Shown here piece after piece: positions 18,727 to 28,203 of a stretch of DNA of 64,000 nucleotides. The translations under genes were made by a program, and so were the position numbers. The notes below the pieces were generated by a model that worked only from the letters and a program-made list of their open reading frames with translations, had not been told where the DNA came from and ran no database searches. This DNA comes from a bacterium (GTDB lineage Bacteria > UBA8248 > JACPRG01 > G963555815), in contig OZ244653.1 in NCBI GenBank assembly GCA_965218795.1, forward strand, positions 128,001-192,000, read 5' to 3'. The stretch's first letter is position 1, and every line of letters starts with the position of its first letter.

Positions 18727-20748
18727 TTGAGCGGCTGGCGGGTCGGCGTGGACGTCGGAGGCACCTTTACGGACATTGCCCTGGTGGAGGAGGCGACGGG
18801 CCGGGTCGGCGTCTACAAGGTTCCCACGGTCGTCGGCGAGCCGGTTTCCGGTGTGTTGGACGGAGTGCGGGAAGGACTCCGGGGCGAAGGCCTCGCCCCC
18901 GCGGACGTCATCTACTTCGGCGCAGGATCCACCTTGGCGGTCAATACGATCATTCAGCGGTCCGGAGAACCGATCGGGCTTTTGATCACGGAAGGATTTC
19001 GGGATGTCTTGGAGATCCGTCGAACCCGGCTTCCCGATGCCCCCAGCTTTGAAGCCGCCAGGCCGGTGCCGTTGGTCCGCCGGGCCCACGTCCGGGAGGC
19101 GCGGGAACGGATCAACGCAGACGGGACCGTCCTGCGCCCGCTCGATCCGGATTCCGTGGTGCAAGGGGTCGGGGAGCTCCTCGAGGCCGGCGTCTCGGCT
19201 GTGGCCGTCTGCTTTCTGCATTCCTACATCAATCCGATCCATGAGCGGGAGGCCCAATCGGTCATGGCCGACCGTTGGCCGGATCTCTTCGTCTGCGCGT
19301 CCTGGGAGACGTGGCCCCAGCAGCGAGAATATGAGCGGACGCTGGTATGCGTGATGAACGCCTACATCGGGTCCACCATGCGTTCCTACTACCGGCAGCT
19401 GGAGGAAGGCCTGCGGGCGATGGGGATTGGCTGTCCGATTCTGATCACTCAATCCAACGGCGGGACGGTTTCCATCGGCGAAGCGGTGCGGATACCCGTC
19501 CGCACGATGTTGTCCGGGCCGGCCTCAGGGGTGATGGCGGCCGCCAAGTCCGCGCGGGAATCCGGCGAGGCCAGGCTTTTCACCCTGGACATGGGAGGGA
19601 CCAGCGCCGACATGTCCCTCATCGACGGCCGGCCCCGCGTCAGCGTGGAGAGCACGATCGGGGACTTCCCGCTTTTCCTTCCAGCCGTCGCCATTGAGGC
19701 TATCGGCGCGGGGGGCGGATCGATTGCGTGGGTCGACGGTCACGGGGTTTTGAAGGTGGGCCCTCAGTCGGCGGGGGCCGATCCCGGCCCGGCGTGCTAC
19801 GGCCGCGGCGGCCGGGAGCCGACCGTTACGGACGCCTACCTCATGACGGGCATATTGGGCGAGAATGACCTGCTGGGTGGCCGAATGACGCTTTCCCGGG
19901 CTCGATCGGAAGACGCCCTGGGCGACTTGGGCGAAGCCCTGGGGATGGGGACGGTCCAAGCGGCCGAAGCCATCCTGCGGATCGCAACGGCGAATATGGT
20001 CGCCTCGTTTCTGCCGATGATCGCGCGGTACGGGGTTGACCACCGCGAATACAGCCTCCAGGCCTACGGGGGCGCCGGACCCACCCATGCCTTCCTGCTG
20101 GCAGCCGAGGTGGGCATCCAAAGGCTCATCATCCCCCGTGCGCCGGGGGCGATGTGCGCGGTGGGAGCGGCCGTGTCGGACGTCCAAATGGATTTTGTCC
20201 GCAGCGTCCGCACCGACTTGTCGGATGAGAAGGGGATGGAGGAGGTGTTCTCAGAGATGGAGGAAACCGCCCGGAGGTGGCTCTCCGACCAGGGATTGAA
20301 ACCCGGGACGGCGGAGTTCGAGCGGAGCGCGGATATGCGCTACAAGGGTCAATCCTTTGAGATCATGGTTGGACTGGCCGGGGCCGGAGACTCTCATGAG
20401 GCTTTCCACCGGAGATATGAGGAGACCTTCGGATATCGCGACCCCGACACCGGGATCGAGGTGTTGCAGATCCGGTTGCTCGCCAGGGTGCCGAACCCGA
20501 TGGTCGGCAATGCCTCCTCCTCCCGGTCCGGCGGACCGGACCGGCTGGTACCCGTGGAGACCCGCGAGGTGGCCTATCGGGGGGACCAACTCGCGGTTCC
20601 CGTCTACCGCAGGGCCCAAATCCCCACCGGCCCGCGGCTGTCGGGACCTGCCGTACTTCTTCAGTACGACACGACCGTTTTCGTCACGCCCGGGTTCGCT
20701 TTCTGGGTCGACGCGTCGGGTAATCTTCACGCGGAGGCGGCCGGATGA
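18727..20748 (+). CDS. Hydantoinase/oxoprolinase subunit A (pair 1)
   Basis: GVDVGGTFTD, SGPASG, DMGGTSAD, IGAGGGSIA, GPQSAGADPGPACY, PTVTDA. Confidence 0.92.
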   Translation: MSGWRVGVDVGGTFTDIALVEEATGRVGVYKVPTVVGEPVSGVLDGVREGLRGEGLAPADVIYFGAGSTLAVNTIIQRSGEPIGLLITEGFRDVLEIRRTRLPDAPSFEAARPVPLVRRAHVREARERINADGTVLRPLDPDSVVQGVGELLEAGVSAVAVCFLHSYINPIHEREAQSVMADRWPDLFVCASWETWPQQREYERTLVCVMNAYIGSTMRSYYRQLEEGLRAMGIGCPILITQSNGGTVSIGEAVRIPVRTMLSGPASGVMAAAKSARESGEARLFTLDMGGTSADMSLIDGRPRVSVESTIGDFPLFLPAVAIEAIGAGGGSIAWVDGHGVLKVGPQSAGADPGPACYGRGGREPTVTDAYLMTGILGENDLLGGRMTLSRARSEDALGDLGEALGMGTVQAAEAILRIATANMVASFLPMIARYGVDHREYSLQAYGGAGPTHAFLLAAEVGIQRLIIPRAPGAMCAVGAAVSDVQMDFVRSVRTDLSDEKGMEEVFSEMEETARRWLSDQGLKPGTAEFERSADMRYKGQSFEIMVGLAGAGDSHEAFHRRYEETFGYRDPDTGIEVLQIRLLARVPNPMVGNASSSRSGGPDRLVPVETREVAYRGDQLAVPVYRRAQIPTGPRLSGPAVLLQYDTTVFVTPGFAFWVDASGNLHAEAAG

Positions 20749-22781
20749 GCGAAACCTTCGCGCCTCGAACGAAGCCCGACCCCGTCCTCCTTGAAATATT
20801 CCGGTGTCAGTTCCAGGGCATCGTGGAGGAGATGGGCGAGCTGCTGACCCGCTGCGGGCATACCGTCTTTGTCAAGGAAACCCAGGATTTCATCGTTGCC
20901 CTGGTGACGCCCCGGGGAGAGGTGGCGGCCTGCTCCGTGGATGTGGGGATATGGGCGGCGATCGGCCAGAACTTTCAGGCTGTGATCGACGCCGGGGGGC
21001 CTTACCGGCCCGGCGATGTCTGGCTGACCAACGACCCGGAGCAAAGCAGGGGCCTGGTCACCCATCTGCCCGACGCCTTCTGCTGGCGCCCCGTCTACCA
21101 CCAGGGCGAGCTCATCTGCTTCGCAGCCGCCTTCATCCATTGCACGGATGTGGGGGGACTCGCGCCCGGGTCCGTCGCGCCTTCCGCCGTCGACCAGCTT
21201 CAGGAAGGCGTGGTCATTCCGGTGACCCGGCTCGTCGCCGAAGACGAAATGAGGGAGGACATCTTCCGGATCTTCCTGAGGAACAGCCGCATCCCGGACA
21301 AGAACCGGGGGGACATGCTGGCCCTGATCGGAGCACTGAAGCGCGCGGAATTGCGTGTAACCGGCCTCGCCGGGAAGTTCGGCGGGGATGTCTTGAGGAC
21401 TGCCATCAACGACGTTCTGGATTACGCCGAGGCCCAGGCCCGCTCCATGATTCGGGACATCCCGGACGGAGACTATGTGTTCTGGGACTACCTCGAGGGG
21501 GATCTGATGCCGGAGGGCCGTCACGTCCGGATCCGTCTCACCTTGAGGATTCGGGGGGAGGAGATGCTCCTCGACTTCGAGGGCACGGACCCGCAGGTGG
21601 CGGCGGCGTTCAACATCCCTTCGTACAACACGGATGGTCACTATCTCCTGGTCATCGGGGTGGTCAATTTCATGCGAAGTGTCAACCCGGACCTGGTGTA
21701 CAACTCCGGGCTGGTCCGGTCCGTCAAGGTGAACGCGCCACGGGGATCCCTCCTCAATCCCGAGCCCGGAGCGCCCTCCGGAGCCCGACAGGCCACGTTC
21801 TTTCGGGTGGCCGATATTGTTCTTGGCGCCTTGGCGTGCGCCTGGAGGGAGCGGATGCCCGCTGCGGGCTGCGGTCAGGGCGCCATCATGCTGGTGTCCG
21901 CGCCGGACTTCTCCACCGGGACAAATCTGGTGAGCATCGCCCAGCCTCTTGTGGGCGGATCGGGGGCGCGGCCCTTCGACGACGGCACAGAAGGAGTCGA
22001 TTTCGCCACGGGCTTCTACCGGAACATCCCCTCCGAGGTATTGGAGTCGGAGATGCCTGTCCTGGTCGATCAGTACGGGCTCAACCCCGATTCCGGGGGA
22101 CCCGGCCGCATGCGCGGAGGGTGTGGTCTGAGCTATTCCCTTCGGCTTCTTGTGCCCGGCGGGGTAGTGACGGCCCGGGGGTTGGAGCGGTTTCATTTTC
22201 AGCCCTGGGGAAGGGAAGCCGGCCAACCGGGCGACAACGGGCGGGCGCTCCTTCAAACCCCGGGTGAGGACCCGCGGCCCATGGGGAAGATCAATGTGCT
22301 CGAGGTTCCGGCCGGCGGGGTCGTCCACGTCCAGTCGGCCGGCGGTGGCGGCTTCGGCCCACCCTGGGAGCGCGACCCCATGTTCGTGTTGCGCGACGTC
22401 GAGGACGGGCTGGTCGCCTCTGAGAGCGCCGAGGAGGTCTATGGTGTGATCATCCGGGACGGTCGAATCCTGGAAGAGGAGACTGGCAAGCGCCGGCGCC
22501 TGCTTTCCGCTGAGCACGGCGGCGGGCCGCCGGTGGATCCGTTCTCGTTCGGGGCCGACCGGGAGGCGTTCGAGCGGCTTTGGCCGGATGATTTGCAGGT
22601 GGCGGTCAACCGGGCGACAGAGGGGATCCCTGCCGCCATACGGCAGCACGTGCGCTTCGAGACGATGAGGGCCGTGGAGGAGAGCCGGTCGGGACCGGAG
22701 CTGATCGATGAATCATGGCTCAAGGCCAAGGTGAGTGAAATCATCGAAGGGATGAGCCCGCGGTCGACGCACTCCGCTTGA
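20745..22781 (+). CDS. Hydantoinase/oxoprolinase subunit B (pair 1)
   Basis: NDP...THLPD, HCTDVGGLAPGS, DSGGPGRMRGG, GGGGFG; ATGA coupling. Confidence 0.92.
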   Translation: MSETFAPRTKPDPVLLEIFRCQFQGIVEEMGELLTRCGHTVFVKETQDFIVALVTPRGEVAACSVDVGIWAAIGQNFQAVIDAGGPYRPGDVWLTNDPEQSRGLVTHLPDAFCWRPVYHQGELICFAAAFIHCTDVGGLAPGSVAPSAVDQLQEGVVIPVTRLVAEDEMREDIFRIFLRNSRIPDKNRGDMLALIGALKRAELRVTGLAGKFGGDVLRTAINDVLDYAEAQARSMIRDIPDGDYVFWDYLEGDLMPEGRHVRIRLTLRIRGEEMLLDFEGTDPQVAAAFNIPSYNTDGHYLLVIGVVNFMRSVNPDLVYNSGLVRSVKVNAPRGSLLNPEPGAPSGARQATFFRVADIVLGALACAWRERMPAAGCGQGAIMLVSAPDFSTGTNLVSIAQPLVGGSGARPFDDGTEGVDFATGFYRNIPSEVLESEMPVLVDQYGLNPDSGGPGRMRGGCGLSYSLRLLVPGGVVTARGLERFHFQPWGREAGQPGDNGRALLQTPGEDPRPMGKINVLEVPAGGVVHVQSAGGGGFGPPWERDPMFVLRDVEDGLVASESAEEVYGVIIRDGRILEEETGKRRRLLSAEHGGGPPVDPFSFGADREAFERLWPDDLQVAVNRATEGIPAAIRQHVRFETMRAVEESRSGPELIDESWLKAKVSEIIEGMSPRSTHSA

Positions 22782-22851
22782 GGTGGGAATCGGCGGCCGA
22801 TCAGGTTGCGAGACAATCGGGTCTCTTCCAGAATTGGAGGCGGAGAAGCGA

Positions 22852-23655
22852 ATGAGCAGCGTGAGCGCAAAGCAGATTGAGGCGTTGGCGGGTCGTCTGC
22901 GCGAGGCGGAGGTCTCCGGGGTGCCGTGCGATCCGGTTCGGAACGACCTGCCTGACGGCGACGTCGAATCGGCCTACGCCGTACAAAAGGCCAATACGGA
23001 ACACTGGTTGAAGCAGGGGAGGCGGCTGGTCGGGCGCAAAGTGGGCCTGACCGCCAAAGCGGTTCAGCGGCAATTGGGTGTGGATCAGCCGGATTTCGGC
23101 GTCCTGCTGGCCGACCGGATGATGGGGGACGGAGAGGAAATCCCCGCCGGCCGCGTCCTTCAGCCCCGGGTGGAGGCCGAAATCGCCTTGATCCTTGAAA
23201 ACGGGCTGGAGATGGAGCAGCCGACCCTGGCCGATGTGATTCGCGCCACGGCCTGCGCCGTGCCTGCCATCGAGGTGGTGGCCAGCCGCGTCGCAAACTG
23301 GGACATCCGGATCGTCGATACCATCGCGGATAATGCGTCGTTCGGTTTGTGCGTCCTGGGTGGGCCGCCGAAGTCCCTGGACGGGCTCGACCTCAGGCTG
23401 TGCGGCGTGGTGATGGAACGGCGCGGCGAACCGGTCTCTGTCGGCGCGGGGGCCGCCTGTTTGGGCAATCCCCTCAACGCGGCGGCCTGGCTGGCCGCAA
23501 AAATGGTGGAGGTCGGCATGCCGCTCGGGGCGGGAGATGTGATCATGACGGGCGCGCTGGGACCGATGGTCCCCGTGACCGAAGGAGACGTTTTTGAGGC
23601 GCGGATATCCGGGCTGGGATCCGTCCGCGCCGTTTTCGGAAAAGGGGACGCCTGA
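22852..23655 (+). CDS. mhpD: 2-keto-4-pentenoate hydratase (FAA hydrolase superfamily)
   Basis: GRKVGLTAKAVQRQLGVDQPDFG, QPRVEAEIA, DTIADNAS, MTGALGPM. Confidence 0.85.
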   Translation: MSSVSAKQIEALAGRLREAEVSGVPCDPVRNDLPDGDVESAYAVQKANTEHWLKQGRRLVGRKVGLTAKAVQRQLGVDQPDFGVLLADRMMGDGEEIPAGRVLQPRVEAEIALILENGLEMEQPTLADVIRATACAVPAIEVVASRVANWDIRIVDTIADNASFGLCVLGGPPKSLDGLDLRLCGVVMERRGEPVSVGAGAACLGNPLNAAAWLAAKMVEVGMPLGAGDVIMTGALGPMVPVTEGDVFEARISGLGSVRAVFGKGDA

Positions 23656-23656
23656 C

Positions 23657-24433
23657 ATGGCCGAGATCGAACGCGTGGCCCGCATCGTGGATGAGGCGGC
23701 CGCGAAGGCGGTAGCGATCCCTCAGCTCAGCCCGGAGCACCCGTTGACCGTGGAGGAGGCTTACAAAGTGCAGGCGGCATCCATCCGGCGCCGGCTGGAC
23801 CGGGGCGAACGCCGCGCAGGCGTCAAGATGGGGTTTACGAGCAAGGCCAAGATGGTCCAGATGGGCGTCGATGACCTGATCTGGGGCCGGCTGACGGACC
23901 GCATGACCGTCGATGACGGCGGGGAAGTCGGGTTTCATTCATTCATCCACCCCCGTGTGGAGCCCGAGATTGCCTTTCTGCTCAAGCGGGACCTGCCGGC
24001 CAAAGTCTCTATGACCGAGGCCATCGCGGCCGTGGAGGCCGTTGCGGCTGCTATGGAGATCATCGATTCCCGCTACAAGGATTTCAAGTTCTCCCTGCCC
24101 GATGTGGTGGCGGACAACACGTCAGCCGCGGGGTTTGTACTGGGGGAATGGCGCGGCGCGGATGTCGACGTCTCCAATCTGGGAATGGTCCTCGAGATTG
24201 ACGGGCGGCCGCAACAGGTAGGATCTTCGGCGGCCATCCTGGGCCATCCGGCGCGTGCGCTGGTTGCGGCTGCGCGCCTCTCGGCCGGAGCGGGAGAGCC
24301 GCTTGAGGCCGGCTGGATCGTCCTCGCCGGCGGGGCCACGGCGGCCGAGGCGCTGAGTCCGGGGGATCATGTTCGGACGATCGCACAGGCGCTGGGTTCT
24401 GTTTCCTTCTCGGTCGCGGATGGAACGGATTGA
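23657..24433 (+). CDS. dmpH: 4-oxalocrotonate decarboxylase-like
   Basis: GVKMGFTSKAKMVQMGV, IHPRVEPEIAF, IIDSRY.DFKFSLPDVVADN, AAILGHP, GGATAA. Confidence 0.85.
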   Translation: MAEIERVARIVDEAAAKAVAIPQLSPEHPLTVEEAYKVQAASIRRRLDRGERRAGVKMGFTSKAKMVQMGVDDLIWGRLTDRMTVDDGGEVGFHSFIHPRVEPEIAFLLKRDLPAKVSMTEAIAAVEAVAAAMEIIDSRYKDFKFSLPDVVADNTSAAGFVLGEWRGADVDVSNLGMVLEIDGRPQQVGSSAAILGHPARALVAAARLSAGAGEPLEAGWIVLAGGATAAEALSPGDHVRTIAQALGSVSFSVADGTD

Positions 24434-25191
24434 AACCGGAGAACCGGATCAACCTGTCGGGCCGCATCGCGGTCGTCACCGGCGGGGGAAAAGGCATCGG
24501 CTGCGGAATTGCCGCCCGTCTGCTGGAGTCGGGCGCAACGGTCGTGCTGTGGGACATCGACCCGACGGCTCTCCGGCGGGCGGCGGCGGAGCTTGCGGAA
24601 CTCGGTACGGTTCTTCAGGTCGTGGTGGATGTGTCGCGCCCGGGCTCGGTCGACGTCGCGGCCCGTGACACCCTGGATCGGGCAGGCGTCGTCGATATTC
24701 TGGTGAACAATGCGGGAATTTCCGGCCCGAATTCGCGGGTGTGGGAATACTCGGTGCAGGATTGGCGGCAGGTGATCGACGTCAACCTCATCGGTACGTT
24801 TCATTGCTGCCGGGCCCTGGCGCCGGGGATGCTGGAAAAGGGCAAAGGCCGAATCGTCAACATCGCTTCCATCGCCGGCAAGGAGGGAAACCCGAACGCC
24901 TCGGCCTACAGCGCATCCAAGGCCGGGATCATCGCGTTGACCAAGTCTCTGGGGAAGGAACTGGCGGAGAGCGAGGTCCTCGTCAACTGCGTTACGCCGG
25001 CGGCGGTCGAGACCGACCTCTTCAGGCAAATGACCCCGGAGCACGTGGAATACATGCTGTCGAGGATCCCCATGGGCCGATTCGGAAAGATCGAAGAGGT
25101 GGCGGCGATGGTCGCATGGCTCGCTTCGGACGAGTGCTCCTTCACGACGGGCGGGGTGTTCGATCTCTCGGGCGGCAGGGCGACGTACTAG
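24430..25191 (+). CDS. SDR-family oxidoreductase
   Basis: TGGGKGIG, NNAG, YSASK, FDLSGGRATY. Confidence 0.9.
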   Translation: MKPENRINLSGRIAVVTGGGKGIGCGIAARLLESGATVVLWDIDPTALRRAAAELAELGTVLQVVVDVSRPGSVDVAARDTLDRAGVVDILVNNAGISGPNSRVWEYSVQDWRQVIDVNLIGTFHCCRALAPGMLEKGKGRIVNIASIAGKEGNPNASAYSASKAGIIALTKSLGKELAESEVLVNCVTPAAVETDLFRQMTPEHVEYMLSRIPMGRFGKIEEVAAMVAWLASDECSFTTGGVFDLSGGRATY

Positions 25192-25270
25192 GCTTGAAGG
25201 TCACGCCTCCAGTCTGAATTTTCGGATTTTCCCATAGAAATCAAGAAGTTTTCTTTCGAGAGTTTTTGCT

Positions 25271-25412
25271 CCGTTCTTTACGGCAAAGGACGTGGGCGAA
25301 GGATCCGGGCTCGGCTTGCAGATCGTTCAACGCATCGTCACCGAGAGATACGGCGGCGGGACCGCCGTGGACTCCGAACCCGGCGGTACGCGGTTTCATA
25401 TCCGACTGCCGA
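25271..25412 (+). pseudogene. Sensor histidine kinase HATPase_c remnant
   Basis: [26 protein letters not shown]...[14 protein letters not shown] (F and G2 boxes) with no upstream coding part. Confidence 0.7.
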
Positions 25413-25765
25413 AAAAGGGGGGGGGCCGGGCTCTGATTTCGGTTCTGTCGGTCAACCGCTGCATCATCAAAAGGCAATGAGAGCGGCGGTACGCGTGTTG
25501 TCGATCCCCCCCGTCTGCGTCTGGAATTCGAATGGATGGAAGCGTGGCCCGGAGAAGACAAATGAGGCGAGAATATCAGCTCCTGCCGGCGCCTGGGAAG
25601 TTCTATCGAAACGTCACCCCGCCGGGCGTCGTCTTGACAGAACCCCGGGGGCAAAGTAGGTTTCTCCAATGGTTTTGCATTTTTCCGATGGCAGCATGAG
25701 ACGCGTTGATCCGGGGGTTCCCCGGGCATGGGGCACTTGGTGGATGATCCCCGGAGGGGAGAGGA

Positions 25766-27814
25766 TTGAGCGCACAAACGGACGCAAAAGCAACGGTTAT
25801 CGGGATCGACGTCGGCGGGACCTTCACCGACCTCGTCGGGTTCGATCCTGACTCCGGAGATTTGAAGGTCGTCAAGGTTTTCTCAACGCCGGACGATCAG
25901 GCCCGGGGCCTTCTCCACGGCCTGGACAACCTCGGCATTCCCATCCAGTCGATCGGCATGGTCGTCCACGGGTCCACGGTCGCCACGAACGCGGTCGTCG
26001 AGCGGAGGGGGGCGCGGGTCGGCCTCCTGACGACGAGGGGATTCCGCGATGTTCTCGAGATTCGCCGTCGGGACCGCCATCACGCCTACGGGCTGACCGG
26101 CGATTTCAAGCCCCTTGTCCCCCGAAATCTTCGACTGGAGGTGGATGAGCGGAGCGACCACAAAGGGAACATTCTCAAACCTGTCGACCCGGAGGAGATC
26201 GCGCGTCTCGGAAAGCAGCTCCTGGACGATGGGTGCGAGGCCGTCGTTGTCAGCTTCCTTCACTGCTATGCCAACCCGGCGAACGAGCAGAAAGCCAAGG
26301 AGGCGCTTCTCAGCTTCTGGCCCAACGATTACATCGAGCTGAGCTCCGAGGTCCTCCCCGAGTTCCGGGAATTCGAGCGAACGAGCACGACCGTGGTCAA
26401 CGCCTACGTCCGGCCGCTGGTCTCCCGTTATCTGCGGTCCGTTGGCGACCAGCTCCGCGGGGACGGCTTCGACCGCGACATCGTGATGATCCAGAGCAAC
26501 GGCGGCGGGATGAGCCTGGAAGCGGCGGAGCGGTACTCGGTCAACACCGTCCTGTCGGGTCCGGCGGCCGGAGCGATCGCCGCGGCCTACATCGCCTCCA
26601 GCGCCGGCCACACCGAGGTCATCTCGGGGGATATGGGCGGCACATCCTTTGACGCCTGTCTGATCCGCGGCGGCAGGCCCGAGGTCAGCTCCGACCGGTA
26701 TCTCGAATTCGGCGTGCCCGTCCGGATCTCCATGATCGACATTCGCACCATCGGCGCGGGCGGGGGTTCCATCGCCTGGATCGATTCCGGCGGCCTCCTG
26801 GAGATTGGCCCCCACAGCGCGGGCGCCGTCCCCGGCCCGGTCGGTTATGACCGCGGCGGCACGGAGCCCACGGTGACGGACGCGAATCTCGTCCTGGGAC
26901 GCATCAATCCCGAGTACTCCATTGCCCGGGAGGAGGGTTTCTCCCTCAACGTGGAGAGCGCCCGAAAGGCCATCGAGGAGAAGATCGCCAACCCCCTGGG
27001 ACTGGGAGTGGAGGAGGCCGCGGAGGCCGTGATCCAGGTCGCCAACATCAAGATGGCCAACGCCCTCAGGGTGGTGAGCATCGAAAAGGGCCACGACCCC
27101 CGCGAGTTTTTCCAGGTGGGGTTCGGAGGCGCGGGTCCGCTTCACGCGGCGGCCTTGGCCCAGGAGCTGGGCATCCGGAAAACGCTGATCCCCTACCTGC
27201 CCGGCGTCACCTCCGCCATGGGCTGCATCCTGGCCGACATGCGGCACGATTGGGTCCAGACGCTGAACGCCCCGCTCGATTCCGCCGATATGGCCGAGAT
27301 CCACGGAATCTATGAAGACCACGTCCGCAGGGGAGAGGAGGTCCTCGCGAGCGCCCAATCCTACATGACGGGCGCCGCTCACCTCTTCGAAGCGGACATG
27401 CAGTTCTCGGGACAAACCCACACCGTGCGCGTCACCCTGGCCTCGCAGAAACCCGCCGGCGATGAGATGCGCGAGAACTTCCTCCGGGAGTACACGGGCC
27501 GCTACGGCGATGTGCTTGTGGATACCCCCGTCATGATCGTCAATCTGCGAACGGCGGTGATCGGTCTGCGGCCGAAGGTGGATTTCGGTTCCCTGCTCAA
27601 CGGCGCCGGCGGCGACCCTTTCAAGGGGGAGCGTCGGATCTACTTCGGCAAGGGCTGGTTCGACTGTCCCACGTATGAGCGGACGCGGCTTCCCGTGGGG
27701 TTCAGCGGTGAAGGACCCGCGATCATCGAGCAGGCGGACAGCACGGTCTTTGTGGAGCCGGAGATGGCCTGGTCGGTCGACGAGTCCGGAAACATCCTCC
27801 TGGAGGTTCAATAA
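25766..27814 (+). CDS. Hydantoinase/oxoprolinase subunit A (pair 2)
   Basis: GIDVGGTFTD, HGSTVATNA, EFERTSTT, SGPAAG, DMGGTSFD. Confidence 0.93.
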   Translation: MSAQTDAKATVIGIDVGGTFTDLVGFDPDSGDLKVVKVFSTPDDQARGLLHGLDNLGIPIQSIGMVVHGSTVATNAVVERRGARVGLLTTRGFRDVLEIRRRDRHHAYGLTGDFKPLVPRNLRLEVDERSDHKGNILKPVDPEEIARLGKQLLDDGCEAVVVSFLHCYANPANEQKAKEALLSFWPNDYIELSSEVLPEFREFERTSTTVVNAYVRPLVSRYLRSVGDQLRGDGFDRDIVMIQSNGGGMSLEAAERYSVNTVLSGPAAGAIAAAYIASSAGHTEVISGDMGGTSFDACLIRGGRPEVSSDRYLEFGVPVRISMIDIRTIGAGGGSIAWIDSGGLLEIGPHSAGAVPGPVGYDRGGTEPTVTDANLVLGRINPEYSIAREEGFSLNVESARKAIEEKIANPLGLGVEEAAEAVIQVANIKMANALRVVSIEKGHDPREFFQVGFGGAGPLHAAALAQELGIRKTLIPYLPGVTSAMGCILADMRHDWVQTLNAPLDSADMAEIHGIYEDHVRRGEEVLASAQSYMTGAAHLFEADMQFSGQTHTVRVTLASQKPAGDEMRENFLREYTGRYGDVLVDTPVMIVNLRTAVIGLRPKVDFGSLLNGAGGDPFKGERRIYFGKGWFDCPTYERTRLPVGFSGEGPAIIEQADSTVFVEPEMAWSVDESGNILLEVQ

Positions 27815-28203
27815 GAAGAGCAAAACAAAAAATTTTCCAGGGGGGCAGGTATGGCCTGCTTCGTTTTCGCCGGGCACAAGGGTTGAATGATTCACGATTT
27901 CCTTTTCCAGCCCGGCTGCGTCGCTCTGGGACGCCGCCAAATCGAGGGGGTGTGTGGCCCCGCTTCGCGGGTATCGAAAAGCAATGCGCCACAGAGTTCC
28001 TGAATCGAAAGTAGACTCTCATCCGCGAAAAGGCTGGTGCGCCAGCGCCCAAATGCCCTTCAGCCTGTCTTTCAGGGGCCGGCCTTCAATAAGGCCCCCA
28101 AGAGACTCAGTCATTTTCCCAGGCGCGTTGCTCCCTGAAATGCGGCCCCCGCAGATCGGTGACATATCTCATTCACTCGAGGCATTGAAAGGAACCCTGA
28201 ATC

